Assembly: GCA_963924565.1 (NCBI GenBank)
Contig: OZ004608.1
Span: forward strand, 7,068,001 to 7,132,000
Reading direction: 5' to 3'
Length of the DNA: 64,000 nt
DNA from: Ascidiella aspersa
Lineage: Eukaryota
The notes below the pieces were generated by a model, which was not told the origin of the DNA, searched no databases, and saw only the letters and a program-made list of their open reading frames with translations. Positions 45,001 to 60,000 of this stretch are shown here, in pieces. The position numbers and the translations under genes were made by a program. The stretch's first letter is position 1. Each line of letters begins with the position of its first letter.

Positions 45001-48000
45001 TCATTATGAGTAAGTTCTCCCAGAAAAAGCAGCGTCAGGCCATGTTTTCTTGCCTTGCTGGTGGTAAATGAGCTTATGAAAACAAGTTTCGGAAAATTCT
45101 ATTGGCCCTAAAACAATTTATAGAGAAATAAAGTGTCGTCAAATGATGGATAGAGAAATATGAAAGTACTGTATTATAATATAGTAAGATGGCGGCCATA
45201 ACAAAAAGGTCCTCAAAGTTAAGTAAATATTGTACAGGGTCGAAACAGCTTTGTCAAAAAAACGCCAATAACTTTAATTTTGATATTAAAGAAAACTGAT
45301 CAAAATCTAGATGTCCTGATAAGAGGGTGAAATTTACCTTAAAATTGTACAAATGCTTCGATACAGCTTCGCCCAAAACCACACAAACCGCATATCGTTT
45401 GTTTTCGTATTTAAACACGTGAACAAATTTCCGGACATCCGAATTCGCAACCCCTCATGTCAAGAAAAAGCACAAGGCACGAATTATGGGGGCGCTTGGA
45501 GATTTCCGGATAAAAATCGCCATTGTGTAAGGGGCGACCCATTTCGTTCAAAAGAGAAAAAACTGCCATTCGTTCAAAGAGAAAACGCCTTTACATCTCG
45601 TCGTCTCAAGTCGGTAGCCTCTCTTGTCGCTTCGCGTATTGTACCGGGCTCAGGCCTTTTGTCTGCCGGGCACCTAACGTAAATATTGGATCAGCCTTTA
45701 CTTTCACAGCGCGAAGCCGATCATTATCTTTAGGAAGCCGCGGCGTTATTATCACGTGGTTTGGCGGCGCAATACCCCCAGTGTATGGGTGGGGGCGATT
45801 TTTTTGTAAGATATCTGAGCCGGTCTTAATTATTCAGTGGTAACTGCTTGTTCCGGGTAAAGTGTTTAAAACGATGTTCTGAATAAATCACTTGATTGGG
45901 CGCATACCGCATTCGGTGTTTCCGCGGCGTTTTTTGCGATTGCGATCGGCAACTGTATACCAGTCAATTCTAAATATAGAAGTTAGTCATTCTAAGTATA
46001 GAACATTGGAAATAAACCCCTGTCACCGTAAATAAAAAGCCTCTTTAAACCCTAAAGTCTGTGAAGGACAGCTTTAAAACCCAGCAACCTCAATCGTTTA
46101 CCTTTGAAATATGATCCCATAGATCCGACTGATTACCTAAACCTTTATAGAGTACAACCGAAATAAATATCGTTGGTTTGAACGGCGTTGAATAAGCTCA
46201 ATTCTTGCGCCCACCTCAAAAAGTGTTAGCTCTCAATTTACCCAATTTTCCTGCCATTTTATACAGCTTATATGGGGATTATAGGAATAAGTGTATTTCC
46301 GACAAAAAGCCAAGTTAAGCGGCCTATAGAGCAAAAAGTAACCACCATTATACGTTTATATAGGAATTATAGGCATAAGCGTATTTCCGACGAAAAGCCA
46401 GGTTAAGCGGCCTAGAGCAAAAATGATCAACCATCAAATCAGTCCGATCTTGATTGACGCATTTTTTGCAGTCGGGCCCACATCCGTGTCAGGACTGCGA
46501 TAGTTCAACAAACGTATACGCATGTACGAACGAACGCGTACGTCAACATATTTCCGACCGCCAAGGCAAGGTGCGGTCTCATGAGCCGCTAGATTCACAC
46601 CGTGATTAGGGGTTGAAGTTTGGTGTTAAAACGCGATAGAGAGCGATCTTTTCGAAAGACCTGGGGCCGGGAATTTTGAAGAGGTCCAAAAACCGACCCT
46701 TATAACTCTATTCGTCAAGTTTGTAGCTTGGCTGCTTGATTTTTGTAGTAACTTCGGATTGCTTTGTTCCTCATTTTTTTACATAGTTGCTGTAAAAATC
46801 ACTGGAAAGTTAAAAATATGAGCGATTTATTTGCTTTTCACTTAGGTATCTGGAAAGAGTTGCGTTGTCGTTTTATTCCCAACAAAAAAATATGTGAAAT
46901 TTGGTAAGGTTTTAAGGCTGGATGAACTATAGTGCTTAAATTCGTTTTCCGTTTAAGTAATTAAATTTTGTTTCCCAATCAGGAAAGATTTTCCTTTTTA
47001 TTGGAAGAAATTAATCTTGCAGTCCGCTTTTTTCAAATACAATGCCGCCTTTAACGCCGTATACCACCTTGGCGTATCTCGCTGGCAGCCAAAACAACAC
47101 CGGCCAGCATATAGATAATGTCGGCGTTATCTTCCCAAATCGTCAAATGTGCGAGGTGCGAATTAAATTAGCGGCAGGTCGTGGTCGGCGCTTTAAGCTT
47201 ATAGAGTGGCGCCTCTGTCTGCCGATACAAAGGACATAAGCCAATGGTTTAGCGTCCCCAGCCTTTTTGCCAGCCACGCGATACATTCAAAAGCGTATAG
47301 TGAAGCGGCTTTGTTTGCTGGTATTATGCGCGCCAATAGCTGGGCTAATTCAACTGGTTTCTTATGTCTGTGGGTGGCGATTTAAAGTCAACACGGTTGA
47401 ACCGGATCTGACTGCTAAACTTTTGTGCGGCAATGTTCACTTTCTGGTTTTGGCTTTGCTTTTTCGGCATAGGATATAGTGTTGTTGCTGTATTTTTACC
47501 GTTCATGTATATACTTTTTTTCAAATTAAATTTCTACATTATAAATTTGCTTGCGTTTATTTGCAATTGTCAAAATAGGTGGTCGAAATTTATGCTAGAG
47601 GTGAAAAAAAAACACATTCCATAGCTAACTTTTTGAATTTTTAAATATAATATAAAAAGTTTACCTTTTAGTATTTTTGACCCTGTTGAAAATTTAAAAC
47701 GTTTAACTTGATTGCTTTCGCGAATTTGCCTTGGTGACGAAAGCGCATCACCTTTAACAGTAGTATTTTCGTCAAAAATCAATCATTGAGTGGCCTCGAA
47801 AAGCAAAGCCGATTTCTGCAAACCGCTGAATTAACATTCCGGGTTATTTTCGAGCCCCCACCTATGCACCCCTCCCCCCATCAAGGTACCCCTGGGCTGC
47901 CAAGGCTTATCTCGATTGGATTATCAGTCAGCTGGTGCCTGGCATGGTGGCGAGTCAGACAGGCGTAAGCTTCTAAGCGTGGCCAATCTATCAGCAACGC

Positions 48001-51000
48001 AAAAACCGATAGCCTCTTCCCACTGCGCAGCCCGCTTTGGTGCTAATTTGCAACCCGTAAATATACCGGGCTCGCTTGCTGTCTAATTATTCCCATTACC
48101 CTGAGTTTTGCTCGCTGCGAACAGTCCGTTTCCTGTCTGTTGGAGTTGTTTACAAACAGTTGGAACAATGAACCTCCTAATTTGGCTGAAAACTTGATGT
48201 ACATTGTTCCAGTGATTGAATTATTTTCATATTTTCCGGGTTTCAACGAACCTTTTTGAGCCACTAGCTTTGCAAATGTTGTTGGTTACAGTTTCGCTTT
48301 CAAAAGCGAGCATTGTTCTGTTAAAATGGCAATGGAGCCTTTGTCATGTGATCAACTGTAATTATGTTTGTCGCCTTGCGCTGACGTAACAAGAGCCATT
48401 GTTGCCCGTCATCAATGAAGGTTGTGATTTAAATAATGCGACGATACCCGTGTCAGGCAATTACGCCGCTCTGCGAATGCGTATTAGCGCAATGACTTTT
48501 GATCTTGGTGAGACCGATTGATGTGTTTTGCCAAGCTCGCATATTTGGCGCATTCGCGGAATCGCTAAACGTATAAGCCTTTTTTTTCTATCTGGATTAA
48601 ATCCGGATTATAGTCAATAAGCAAGCTAAGCCATTTACCACATTAAAGGTGATCGGATAGCGGTGTATTTAATTGAAGCGCGCTTGTCGCGATGATTGAA
48701 ATGTTTTACGCAGGCCTTGTAGATATATTTACAAGCTGTGCTGAAACAATGAAAACATCAGCTATATGGTTCAGTTGAAACGATTATTCAGTAGTTGGCC
48801 TTCTTTACCATGTACTGGTTTAAAACAACGTAATCGAGCCGTTTGTGAATTTAGTCGACGTCCAAGTTTGCTTTTCAACTTGTTAAGTCAACACAACGCT
48901 TTTCCCTTCAGCTACGTCACGCCAGTGACGTAATACACCCAAAAGCCGCTCACAAGCAAAAAAACACTTGCTCGGTCGACTGGTTCGCCGTTTATTCGGA
49001 TAGATATTGCGCAACGTTCCTCGCAGCGTGAAAACAATGATTCGACTCTTTCGCGTGTGAGTTGGGACTTTGTCCTATCGTAAATTCCCGCAAGAACGCG
49101 GTTGTAAGTCAAATACTCAGCATATCGGGCAGCAAAGTGTCGCGGGCCGAGATGACTGATCGGAAAACGATGCACGCGCCAACACCGCAAATGTTACCAT
49201 CTGTTTCCTGGCAAACAAGAGCCAATTAATATCCGCGTTTCTCAACTTGTGTACCGCGTTTGTCACGCAAGGGCCCCGCGTATTATTTGCACAAGTTTAG
49301 TGGTTCAGCATTTACGATTGGTTGTGGTTCGAGGGTGGGTATGTTTGCCTGCTGCTTTTGCCTCACCCGGCCTGGGTTTGGTCAAGATCTTATCACGTTG
49401 CTCGAAATATTTTCGATGCCTTTGAAATTTCGGCAACGAAATACGACCAAGCTGAATAAAAGGTGACATTTTAAAAAAAATCAACTTATATACTTGTACA
49501 ATAATGGCAGAGATTTTTTTACGTTACAAACTAAAATGTTAATGATTTTACTAAACAACAAACGTCATAGTGTAACAAAGGTTGACGCATCCAAAACAAT
49601 TAAATAAAAATAATTTTACTGTTTTGATTTAGATTTTATCACGTTCTAGGATGGTTAAAAACGGCAACACAGATTAAGGCCAAGTATAATCAAATCCAGC
49701 CTTTCCCAACACAATATCTTAAATTAAAAAGACAAATGTTTGTGATTGCTTCTTCGCTGAAACTCATAAAATACAAGCTTCGTCTAACTTTAATACCAGC
49801 CTTCTGTAGTTTTGAAATATTGGCCTGGCACTACGTAAACGCCAAGTTGGGATTCCAAATCTAAGCGAATTTCAATATGACGCCATAAACAGCGTGGAGC
49901 TCGCGCGTCACAATTTACGCGGTGGGCGGATCAGGCGCGCAAATCGGATAACGGGTTCGGTAAAAACGCGACAAACAATGTCGGATTACGTCAGAATTTC
50001 CGAGGATTCTGAACTTTTGGCCCCTTTTAATTAAAACCCGATTATAAGCGTTCGTGGAATCAAAAAAAACGACGTGTTTAAAAATTATTTGAAATTTTGT
50101 GTTTTTTTAAGGGGGGTGGGTGGTATTTGGTGCGGTTGAAACTTAAGTAAACAATTTTATTTGTTTGGTTGCAATAATTGTCCCCCCAAATGTCTTTACG
50201 GGTGTTTATCTGAAAACCATTTTACCCACTCGTTAGGAACATCCCTATACCAACTAATTGTAATCCTTTTAGGGGTTTGTGCGAATTAAAACTGAATCCA
50301 CATAATTTTAAGGTAAAAACTGAAGTCCAAATACTTAAAATAGGATTTATCTAAAAATGACGTTATCCTATATTAGATAGGATCAATTCGTCATGCGTTT
50401 TCCAATCACAATGTTGCATCGGAAAACTTCCACTACACTGACAAATCACAAACGCTCATTAAGCATAAGATGACTTTGCGGGAATTTTCGGACTTTGCCA
50501 CTTGGAGAATTTTCCGCAAAAATTTTCGCACACCGCGGCTGTATATCTGCGGTATCTGCACGGATAAATGCTGCCTTTACTGCAATAGTTAAGCGGAATC
50601 TGCGGGATTTCGCAGCGCCGAATTCAACACACGTGCAATTAAGCTCGCAAAGCTTATATCTCGGTTGATTTTCCTGCGTTTTTTCCGGATTAGAATAAAA
50701 TTAAAACGTTTGGAGCGGACCTCGACGTGTTTCACCTGCGTTATTTCGCTGGTAACATTTTAATAACACAAGTAGACACTTGTAGCGACCGAGGCGGCGC
50801 GCGTATAGATTTCTGACAGTCGAGTGGCGTCGAAATTTCCCCTCCTTGCATTCCGGGCGTAATTCCGTTCCCACGGACCTGACTTAATACGTCAGGTGTG
50901 CACTCCGCGCAGAAAAGTGGCCTTTAGTGATTTGATCGCGTCTCGGCGCCCAGCCAAGTTCTGCAACATAACGTTTGTCGTTTACTGCATCAAGTGATTA

Positions 51001-54000
51001 AGATACTTCGTTTGTTTTCAATTTTCATCTTAGTTAGTTTCCTACCATTTGATCTAATTATGACTATACTTACAATTAAAAAAAAACGTTTGTTTTTCCA
51101 CTTAGAACCAAACTCACAATTTTGTTTTGCCAACATTAAATATTAAAGGGAATGAGCAACAAAAGTTTAAAAAAATTACCATTTAAATTTGCAACTTGCA
51201 TTATTTCAGCCAAAAAAATATATTTTGAGGCTTTTTAAACCAGGTCGCGTAATGGTCGGCGTCGACAAGTGCGTCGCGTGTCGCCTGCGCGCCTGTCGTC
51301 CGTCGCCTGTCGCGGCGACAAGTGAAGTGGCGTTCGCACGCGATCGCCCAGCCCCCTAAACTCGTCGCCCCGTGCTTTTAACCCCACCACGGCGCATTGA
51401 CTTTGGGGAGCTTATCTGTGCTACAAGTTGAGAGCCCCCTTAAAGAACCCATTCACAAAGAAAAAAATTAACCAAGATCTCACAACAAATGTCAGATTAT
51501 TTTGTCTCCTTTTTAAAATGATTACTCTGGCATTTTATTACAAATCCCAAAGTTTTTACCCAACTCTAAGTCTTACACTCTATATATCTGATGGTGGCTC
51601 AAGACAGAAGATATACACTTTATATTGTACGCTTGGCGAATAAAAACTTGTCAAGCTCCGCACTCGAGATTCCACGCCGTGCAGTTTTACCCACCACCGT
51701 CTTTTGGGGGCCCCAACAAGCTCTCCCCCTTCGTCCCACTTTTTGACCCTGCTTGTGCGATGTTTCACTCAACACTCGAAAAGTGGCTAGCCATTTTTTG
51801 GCCTACTTGTCGAAAAGGAGGTTTGCGCTCCCAATGAGTTGACGAGGGCCGCTTACTTTTCCATTTAGAGTTGACAGGAGCCCAAAATTTAGCCCCCTAA
51901 TTGACAAACGCCCCACAGTTTGCCCCAAGTTGCCAAAGGCACACGCAAATCCTACAGCACACCAATGTTTGACTAAAAAATTAACAAGGTTTTATTTTTT
52001 CACCAATCAAGTGAAAACACTAAAGATGGCGCCGAATTTGCATTCTCTTAGTATTATGGGGATCCAAAATTTAACCCCAGAGTTTACAAGACACCAATGG
52101 TTCGTCCCAAGTTGCATGGCGATCACTGTTTTTGCATCTAGTTATCTAGGACCTTTATTAGTTCGCCATAAGCGACAGACGCCTTTTGCTGTAACGCTAT
52201 GTCAAAATCGTTTTACATATGATGGTCCAGTTTGTTGCTAGTCTAGTGGTGTACTTCAGAGTTTTACGAACCCCCAATTAGTCACCCTTCCGTCACTACC
52301 CACTCCTATACTAGAACCCCAAACGACCAAGACCCAACCGCGCAATGTTATTTTACGCGAGTCGATTAGCGTTAAGCTAAGGCGCCTATACTAAAGCGGA
52401 CGCCGCTTTATCCTTATCTCGGCCGAAATCTTACAGCCGAACGGCTGCAGCCATATTTGGTGGCCGCCGTCTCATTGGCGCTCGGGTCAGTTCGTAGGCC
52501 ACCATTGTGACGTCATATGCGAGCGCGACTACTAAATACCCGCCTCTGCTGTTGATGTTTGCTGTTGAAAGAATGTTCGACGCTATAATACCTATTAATC
52601 CTGATAGGCGATATGGGATTTGGCGATGACCAAGTTGTTTAAGGCTTAATTGAGCAACGTACGAATTGAGCAGCGTACCTTCCGCGATCGTAAAGACTGG
52701 TGCTGAAGCGACCTGAATTGTATTTTTTTACTAATATTTTTGTTAATATAATGCACAACATGTAAAACTCGCATGTGAAATTTATCCCCATACTGATACA
52801 TAATACTTTTGTCAAATGATACTAATCCTATATCAAGTATAAAATTGAAATGAACAATGCAAGGTGTTCAGATTGGTACGGCAATTTTCGCGTTCGTGTA
52901 AAAAAAGACTAATTACCGATATCGGGACACAGCATCGAACGATTTTCCCTCAATTTCGCAAAATAGTTAAAAGTCAGCGTCGAAGTGAATTAAGTCAAAA
53001 CGCGACTTCAAAAAGTGTAAATTCCGGCTCAAACGAGCTTTTAGCGTGCATACCGCCCATAAATAGAGCAACAGGGCCTGGCTGGATTTGACCCTTACAT
53101 TGGTCTGCCCCCTAATCCGTCTGTCGTCCGAACGTGCTTTTAGGCTCGGCTTTTAAGGCCTTTGCTTCTGGCATACTTGACCTTTTACATAGCGCTTTCT
53201 ATAGCGGTAATTTATCACGAGGGTTCAAACTAGGCTTTCGTTGCCACGTTTGTACCCTCAAAAAGGGTTGGTAGGGTCTAAAATGGCCCCACCCTCTACG
53301 TTTCGTAAATTCGTGTACCCTTTTAAAAAACATTTTCTCACTAACCTGCAACGCACACATATAGGGCGGCTATTTTGACTCGTTTCTGTTTGCACTGGCG
53401 ATACGTGTTTTTTCCGCATTTGGCGCCGCCGTGACCAAACAACAAGTTTAGTCGTTCCACGGGTCGCTTACGTCCGCCGACGCCGCTATTTGACGCACGT
53501 TATTTAACGCGACTTACGTCTGAAAGCCAAGGGTTGCGCTATTTGACGTGGTCAGCGCCTGACTTGTTTGTTTTTCGTTAGGCGCCGACCCTATGGAAAA
53601 CTTGAATGGGCGTTCGCGTATAAAGGACCCCAACGTCAAACGCACTTTCGTGTGGTATAAGTTTGTGCGCAGTGCATTGCACTCGTGATATGTTATTAGA
53701 AATCTATATTTTCCAGTTACATGGTTAAGAAACGCCTTCCTCACTGTTATGTTCTGTAACCAAAGCCGTTTATTTTTGTGACGACGCTATTACTGTATAT
53801 GAGGTCATGGCTAAAAAGTGTGACATAACAATTTTCTTAGCATCACATTTCCATAAAGGGCCCAGGGACATGACAAGGCTTATTAATTAGTTTGGAGGAC
53901 TATATTCTCCCAAAGCGCAGTAGGAACATTAAAATTAAAACTTATTTATTTTAGATAAAAGGTTAAAGTGTTGGATGATTTTTACGCAGGGAAATAGACG

Positions 54001-57000
54001 TAATTGGTGCTTTGTTACAATAGTTTAACTGGACATTTTTTTATTAAAATTTGTTTGATACAGCTTGCGTAAACCCTTATTCTGAATTTGGCAGCTAAAT
54101 CTCACGCCTTTGACAAACTTTGACCATTTTCATATTAGCTTTTCACGACATGCCAGCCCTGAGTTATAAATATTTCCCCAAATTAGAAATTCCGCCTTTT
54201 TCAAACGCCCAAAGACACGTGTATAGGGAACGCCTATAGAATCGCAAGTGTCTGTTTACTTTGCCGGGAGAAAATGCTCGTAAAAAAGTCGCGATCTCGA
54301 AATTATTAAAGTCGGTTGTAAAAAAGGCGGACAGTTTTGTCATTAAAACTGGAACCTTTGAAGTTGGTCGTGAAACGACGATGGCAAACTTTCCGTTAAC
54401 GGCGGCACGAGCCTTGTAATGTGGTCTATGAATAGCTGGCCCGCTGAGATTTTGCAAGCAGATAACGCCAAGGTTTACAAAACCGCGCAAATATTTATGC
54501 CCGGGCTTCAAAAAGCTTTGGTTGTTCGTGACGAATATAGCTGTAGGGGTCACCTTAAAAAGCCCCATAAGTTTGTATTAAGCTCGTGGTTTGAGCGGTT
54601 TTAACGTTTTTGACTTCCTTGGGGAACAAAACAATTTCAAGAAAACAAAGAACTTGTAAAACAAGAAAAATTGAATTTAAATGTTGTTGGTATTCTCAAA
54701 ACTGCATACACGATGTAAAAATATATAAAAAGGTTTGGCCGACGTCAATCCTCAGAAAAATTGTCACTTAGTTTAAGGCCTTATCAAAATTTGGTTTGGA
54801 TTGTATCGAACAACAGTTGAACTGTACTTCATACTAAATGAACTCCAACGTTGCACATAGACACACACACGCGCGAACATGCAGGTCGTGAAATTCGCCG
54901 AATTGCTTCACACGCGCGGCAATACAGGAAAACGTACAAAAGACACCGTGGAATTGGCGGATGCTCTTGTATAATTTAAACAAAACTATAACAAACGAAG
55001 ATCCGGACGTCTATGCGTCCGTCTGTACGCACAGTCCGCGACACAAGAGATTGATGCGTCCCGTGCGGCACAGTTTACAAACAATCCAGGAACGAATGGG
55101 CCCCGATTCGGCGAAAGCGCACGGTTTACTTGTGGTCACCCCGCTGTGACCCGACTAACACATACAAATCGCCCTAGATCTGTTTATTTATGAACACCGC
55201 TGTTTATTTAGCGGCCACTGTTTGTGCGAATTTCAATTCACCTTTTATACAATCAATTTAAGCGATCAACTTAACCAGTAGTTCAGGCTTGAGTAATTAG
55301 CCCCAAATTATGATATTTTGTCGCTTTTTGCTTTTTTATTATTTCGGACTGTATCTTTGGGCGATTTGAAGCAGAAATTTCTTCCGATTTTATGTCGTTT
55401 ACTTCAGGCCAATAGTTGAACATAAACTTGTTATTACTTTATTTATTAGTTTTATCAATAATTAATGCCGGCCACTAATTATTTTGTATAATATTTACGA
55501 AAAAGTGTATGAAAGTATTTCTCACGGACACAAATAATTTTTGTTGTAATATTTAGAAAACTATGTAATCAAATTTTATAAGTTCTTTTCTCACTGACAA
55601 CGAGCTAAAAAGGTTAAGAACCAATGGATAACGTTTCAGCGCGCGCTTATTTCCCTTCATTGTTTGGAATTAGATTTACGAAGGTCGAAACCGACTCTCA
55701 CGCCCGTCACAAAATGCTAGCGCCACTGCGGAAACGTGACCTTGAAAATTTGACCTGGAGACATCAAGGTCACGTGCTCTCCCGGTCAAGGTCGCGCCAA
55801 GGTTAACCGATCGTTCTCTCCTTGCCATAATATTTGCCGACCACCGTGATTGTTTAGGTATACCAGAGCAACTTTCCGGTATGGAACTGCGCTACGGCCC
55901 ATAAATGCGCCTTTAGGTTTATTGATATTTTGCGACGTCTATCTAGTTAAGAATCCACCCAATTTATTTTTCATACCTGAAAAAAAATCGTCTTCATAAT
56001 ATACTTCTAAACCAGGGGTTATCAAATATACCCCGGTTTGAACAAATCAACCTCATGCAAACTTACAACAAACAAATACATTCATAGCTTAGCACAATGT
56101 CAATACTAATTCAATTACAAATTATTTAAACATTAGGGAAAACTGCCATTTAAGTGCCCCTGGATATCTTTCCGTTTTGCCCAAGGGTAAGAACAAATTC
56201 TTTAAATTATGTTAAATCGCCTTATCCTTGTGACCTTGCAAAATTGGAAGGTCAGTTTGAGGTAAAAATTAAATTGTTGTCCGGCGGATTGAACGCAAGG
56301 TTATTGCAAAGTCACATAAATGATTTTCGGACGTATAAAGCGAGCACCTGCAGCTAAAATGCAGTATAAGCTTGTTTATGCCACGTTTGCTGTCGAGCTA
56401 ACGCCTTGACCTCAAATTTGATGTTATATTCTAGTCAAACGTCGCCCTAAAATCTCGTTCCTAGACTTAAGTTGTTCGAAATCCTATTGCGGTAGTCAAA
56501 TTCCGTCAAGTCTAGCACGCGCGCCTAAATGCTGCGACGTAACGGAGATTAATCGTCGTTTTAATTCCCGCCGATGTTTTGCCTCGTTGGATTAAATTAG
56601 CTTAAGAGTGTGTACGGTTGCAATACAGTGTACTCGTAAGTAAGAGGAATTGCATAAAGTCATCGAATTTCAGTCTCTAATTGTGTAAAACGTTACTGTC
56701 GAGATTTTAAAGCAATCATGACCTTAACGGGATGGAATAGGTTTTCTGCACAAAAAAGTAGTAAACTACACAAACTATTTAGGTGATATCGGGAGTCGTC
56801 TTTTTGTCCGAAATATCGCTGTCGGAATAAAATATTAAGTTTCGGACAACACTAAACTCAATTTTTTAAGTTATAATGCAGATTTACGTATTTTGGTCAA
56901 CAAGGAATTACAAACACCACAACGCAATAATGAGATAACAGCTTTTTTCCCACATTCACGCTGCTTAAACAAGCCGATGAGAAAATACCTCCGTGTCATG

Positions 57001-60000
57001 TTTTGGCCAAATTACGGCCACGCGGCCCGCTGTTTGTGTTGAAAACGGGGTGATGTTACCCCGGCGGCCGAGCGCGGGTCAAAACGCGTCCCCACACCGC
57101 CTAAAGGGGTGTTCCACAAAACACCAGGCCCCCGTGGGGTCTGCACATTCCAGAGAGGCCACGAATTGTTTCGACGCTTATAGCTTCACCATAACACTGG
57201 ACGCTTGTGTTCGTTGCTTAAAGCAGCTATTCTCGACTTTTTTGACCGCATATGGCCTAACTGTAATCTGATGTCGCTGCGTACCATCATAAAAACAACA
57301 TTTGAGTGAAATTTACTTAACTTAATAGAAAAAACATGATTAAAGCTTTCAATCGATTTTAGATGATATGATATGTATAGATCGCTTTAATTTGGCAAAT
57401 AGGGTATGTAACCGAAATAAACGATTACGTAAGCCGTTGTCGTTGGTCAAAAAGCAGCTTCCGAAGGGCTAGATGCAGCTTCCGAAGGGCTAGTTGTTAA
57501 TAAGCACATATGTGTATGTGTGTGTATGTTTTATTATGTTATACTTGTTTTAATTTTCTCAAGTCCTGAGTAAGACCTCTGCATACCAATAGTAATACGT
57601 AATCAACAGTTCGAAAACTGCTGTTTTGAGGTGACACTCAAAGCTCTTTTTACAAGATAGAGCGTTGCGTTTTGGCTTCGAAATTGAAAACCGACTCATT
57701 TAGGATGTATGCTACGCATATTTGTTTCGTGAGTGTTCTTTGCGTTTTTGAATCTGAGATTCCATTTGGTTCGTGTCGAACCGTGCAGCAAGGTATTAAG
57801 ACACGTTTTTAGTCGAATTTAAGGGTGGTCTATCAGTTGAATTTCATAAGCATTTTAAACCATAGGATTAAAATTGGTAATCTAAGTTCATCCTTATTTT
57901 GCACTCGATTCTCCAGCAAAAAAATGTTATTAAATAATGTTGATTGTGTTAGGTCGAATATACTAAAACATGTGGCATAATTAGGCCGAGGCTCTACTAA
58001 AATTTGGGATTTCAATTGGACGAACTATTGAACTTGAGGAAAATAGTGTTAAAATTTTACATAATGTTTCATTAGACATCATGAAAAATATAAACGTAAA
58101 ACTTTTAGCTATAGTGGAACAGGCGAGCGTGGAATAATCAAGACAATTTTATGACTTTTCTAACAAAGGGATGTTGTCTGGCCAGATTTTTCCTGTGGAA
58201 CGTTCTGGAATGTTCTGGCGTTCCGGGTCTCCACAGAGTCAGACAACTTCGCACCATCGGTAGTTAGTCGCGTTTCGCGTAAAATTACACGCGGATATTT
58301 GGCGTGACAAAGAACGTTCTATTTTGCTTTTCGAACCAACTCGGAAAGGTTAATGAGAAACTCTACTGCTTAGCAAAACGTCGCCCAACCTCGAAACTGG
58401 TTGTTAGAGTGCCTTAACCCACTTATAGCGATTTAAAGATTGCACGGATTATTCTGTGAACCTTTCATGACCGAGCGTGATTTTGGGAAACATATTTAGT
58501 CAATTTTGTGGCTATATTTTTGCCGAAATTCCAGCACCTTGCTTTCTAAGCTTTGGAACAGAATACATCGGATGGACTTTTAGCTCTGTAAAGATTGCCT
58601 GAAAATAACTAAAAAAATAATTTCACCCATTGTTTTCAACAAATATTTCACTGAAACCAATAGGATACTACAAAAAGTTACCTCTATTTTGACGCAGATG
58701 ATTATCCAGAATCCTTTAAAAATATGAATGCATCAAATATATATAAAAAAAATTCTTTGCCAATTCAATAGACATCAACAAGTTACACGTAGTTTTTCGA
58801 AAGGAGATCAACCGTTTATCGATTCGCGCGTTGAGCGACGAAAACAAAATGCTTTGAACTCACCGCCGTTGGTGTACTTACAAGAGCTTAACACCGTGGC
58901 CCTCACACCATCGTTAGGGGGGGTAATGGTAAGGGGTGCAAAGATCTCGCGAGTGGATTAACGCCTGCTGTGTTCGTACTGGGTAGAGGGGGTAAGGGGG
59001 GTCACAAAAGCACGCTGTTCTATTGGCACAACAAATCAACTCGAAGCCTCTTGGACCAACTCGAGGGCACTCTCGAATCAAGACAACGGCGCTTCTAGTG
59101 CTTTTGCGGGCGCGGCGACTTCAAAAGCCCGCGGCAAAGGGACGACGAGCGTTGTTTTTGTGTTGTGTACGATCCGACGCGGCTCGACTGTTTATGCAAG
59201 GTACCTAATTACCGACGCCCTTTTGATGAGCCACGCTGCCGCACATAGGGACACGCGTGTCTGGACGTTTTGACTTGTTTAAAGTGTGTGATTTGACATA
59301 ATCGACGGACTACACTTTTTTGCTCTTCTATTTTATTTTTACCTTTTGAAAGGGTAATGGCCATTGAAAAGAAAATTATTGATGTCGTTTTACTCTCACA
59401 GAGTTTTTGTGGCTTGTTCACCCCTATAATCCTTTTACAGAGATCTTAAAAGAAAAACAGTAAAACGTTGGTAAGAAGGGCGACTGATCGCCTTTAGTCC
59501 GGACTTGCAGCAGTTTCGTCTATTAATTGTCCACCGCTTGGTTTATAATGAGCTTCTTATTGGTATGGCGGTTTTAATTTATTGTGCGATTTGTAGGGTT
59601 CTGCATAATCAAATCGAAAATCTGAGATTTTACATTGTTTTGCAATGGTTGTTACTTATCTTGGCTATACAGAATTGCTTCATAATATGACTTCACTTGT
59701 GCCGTGTATTACTCTAGTCTTGTAGCTCCTTGAATGCTTGTTATACATATCCCATTGGTGTAGACCTCCTATAACCCGTATCAACTAGCCAACACTTTGT
59801 ATATACTTGTATAGCTCTGTTGTTGTCTGCACGTTTGTTAGGTGCCCTATCGCATTTCAATCGTTCTTTTCTCATAAAGCCTAATCGCTTCAAAGTAGCA
59901 AGGCCAGTCCCACGTTTAATGAGGCACTGTCGTTCCGAAGACAATAATTTGAAATCACCATAGCGCCTTACTACGAACCAACACAACCTGAAATGCCTTC

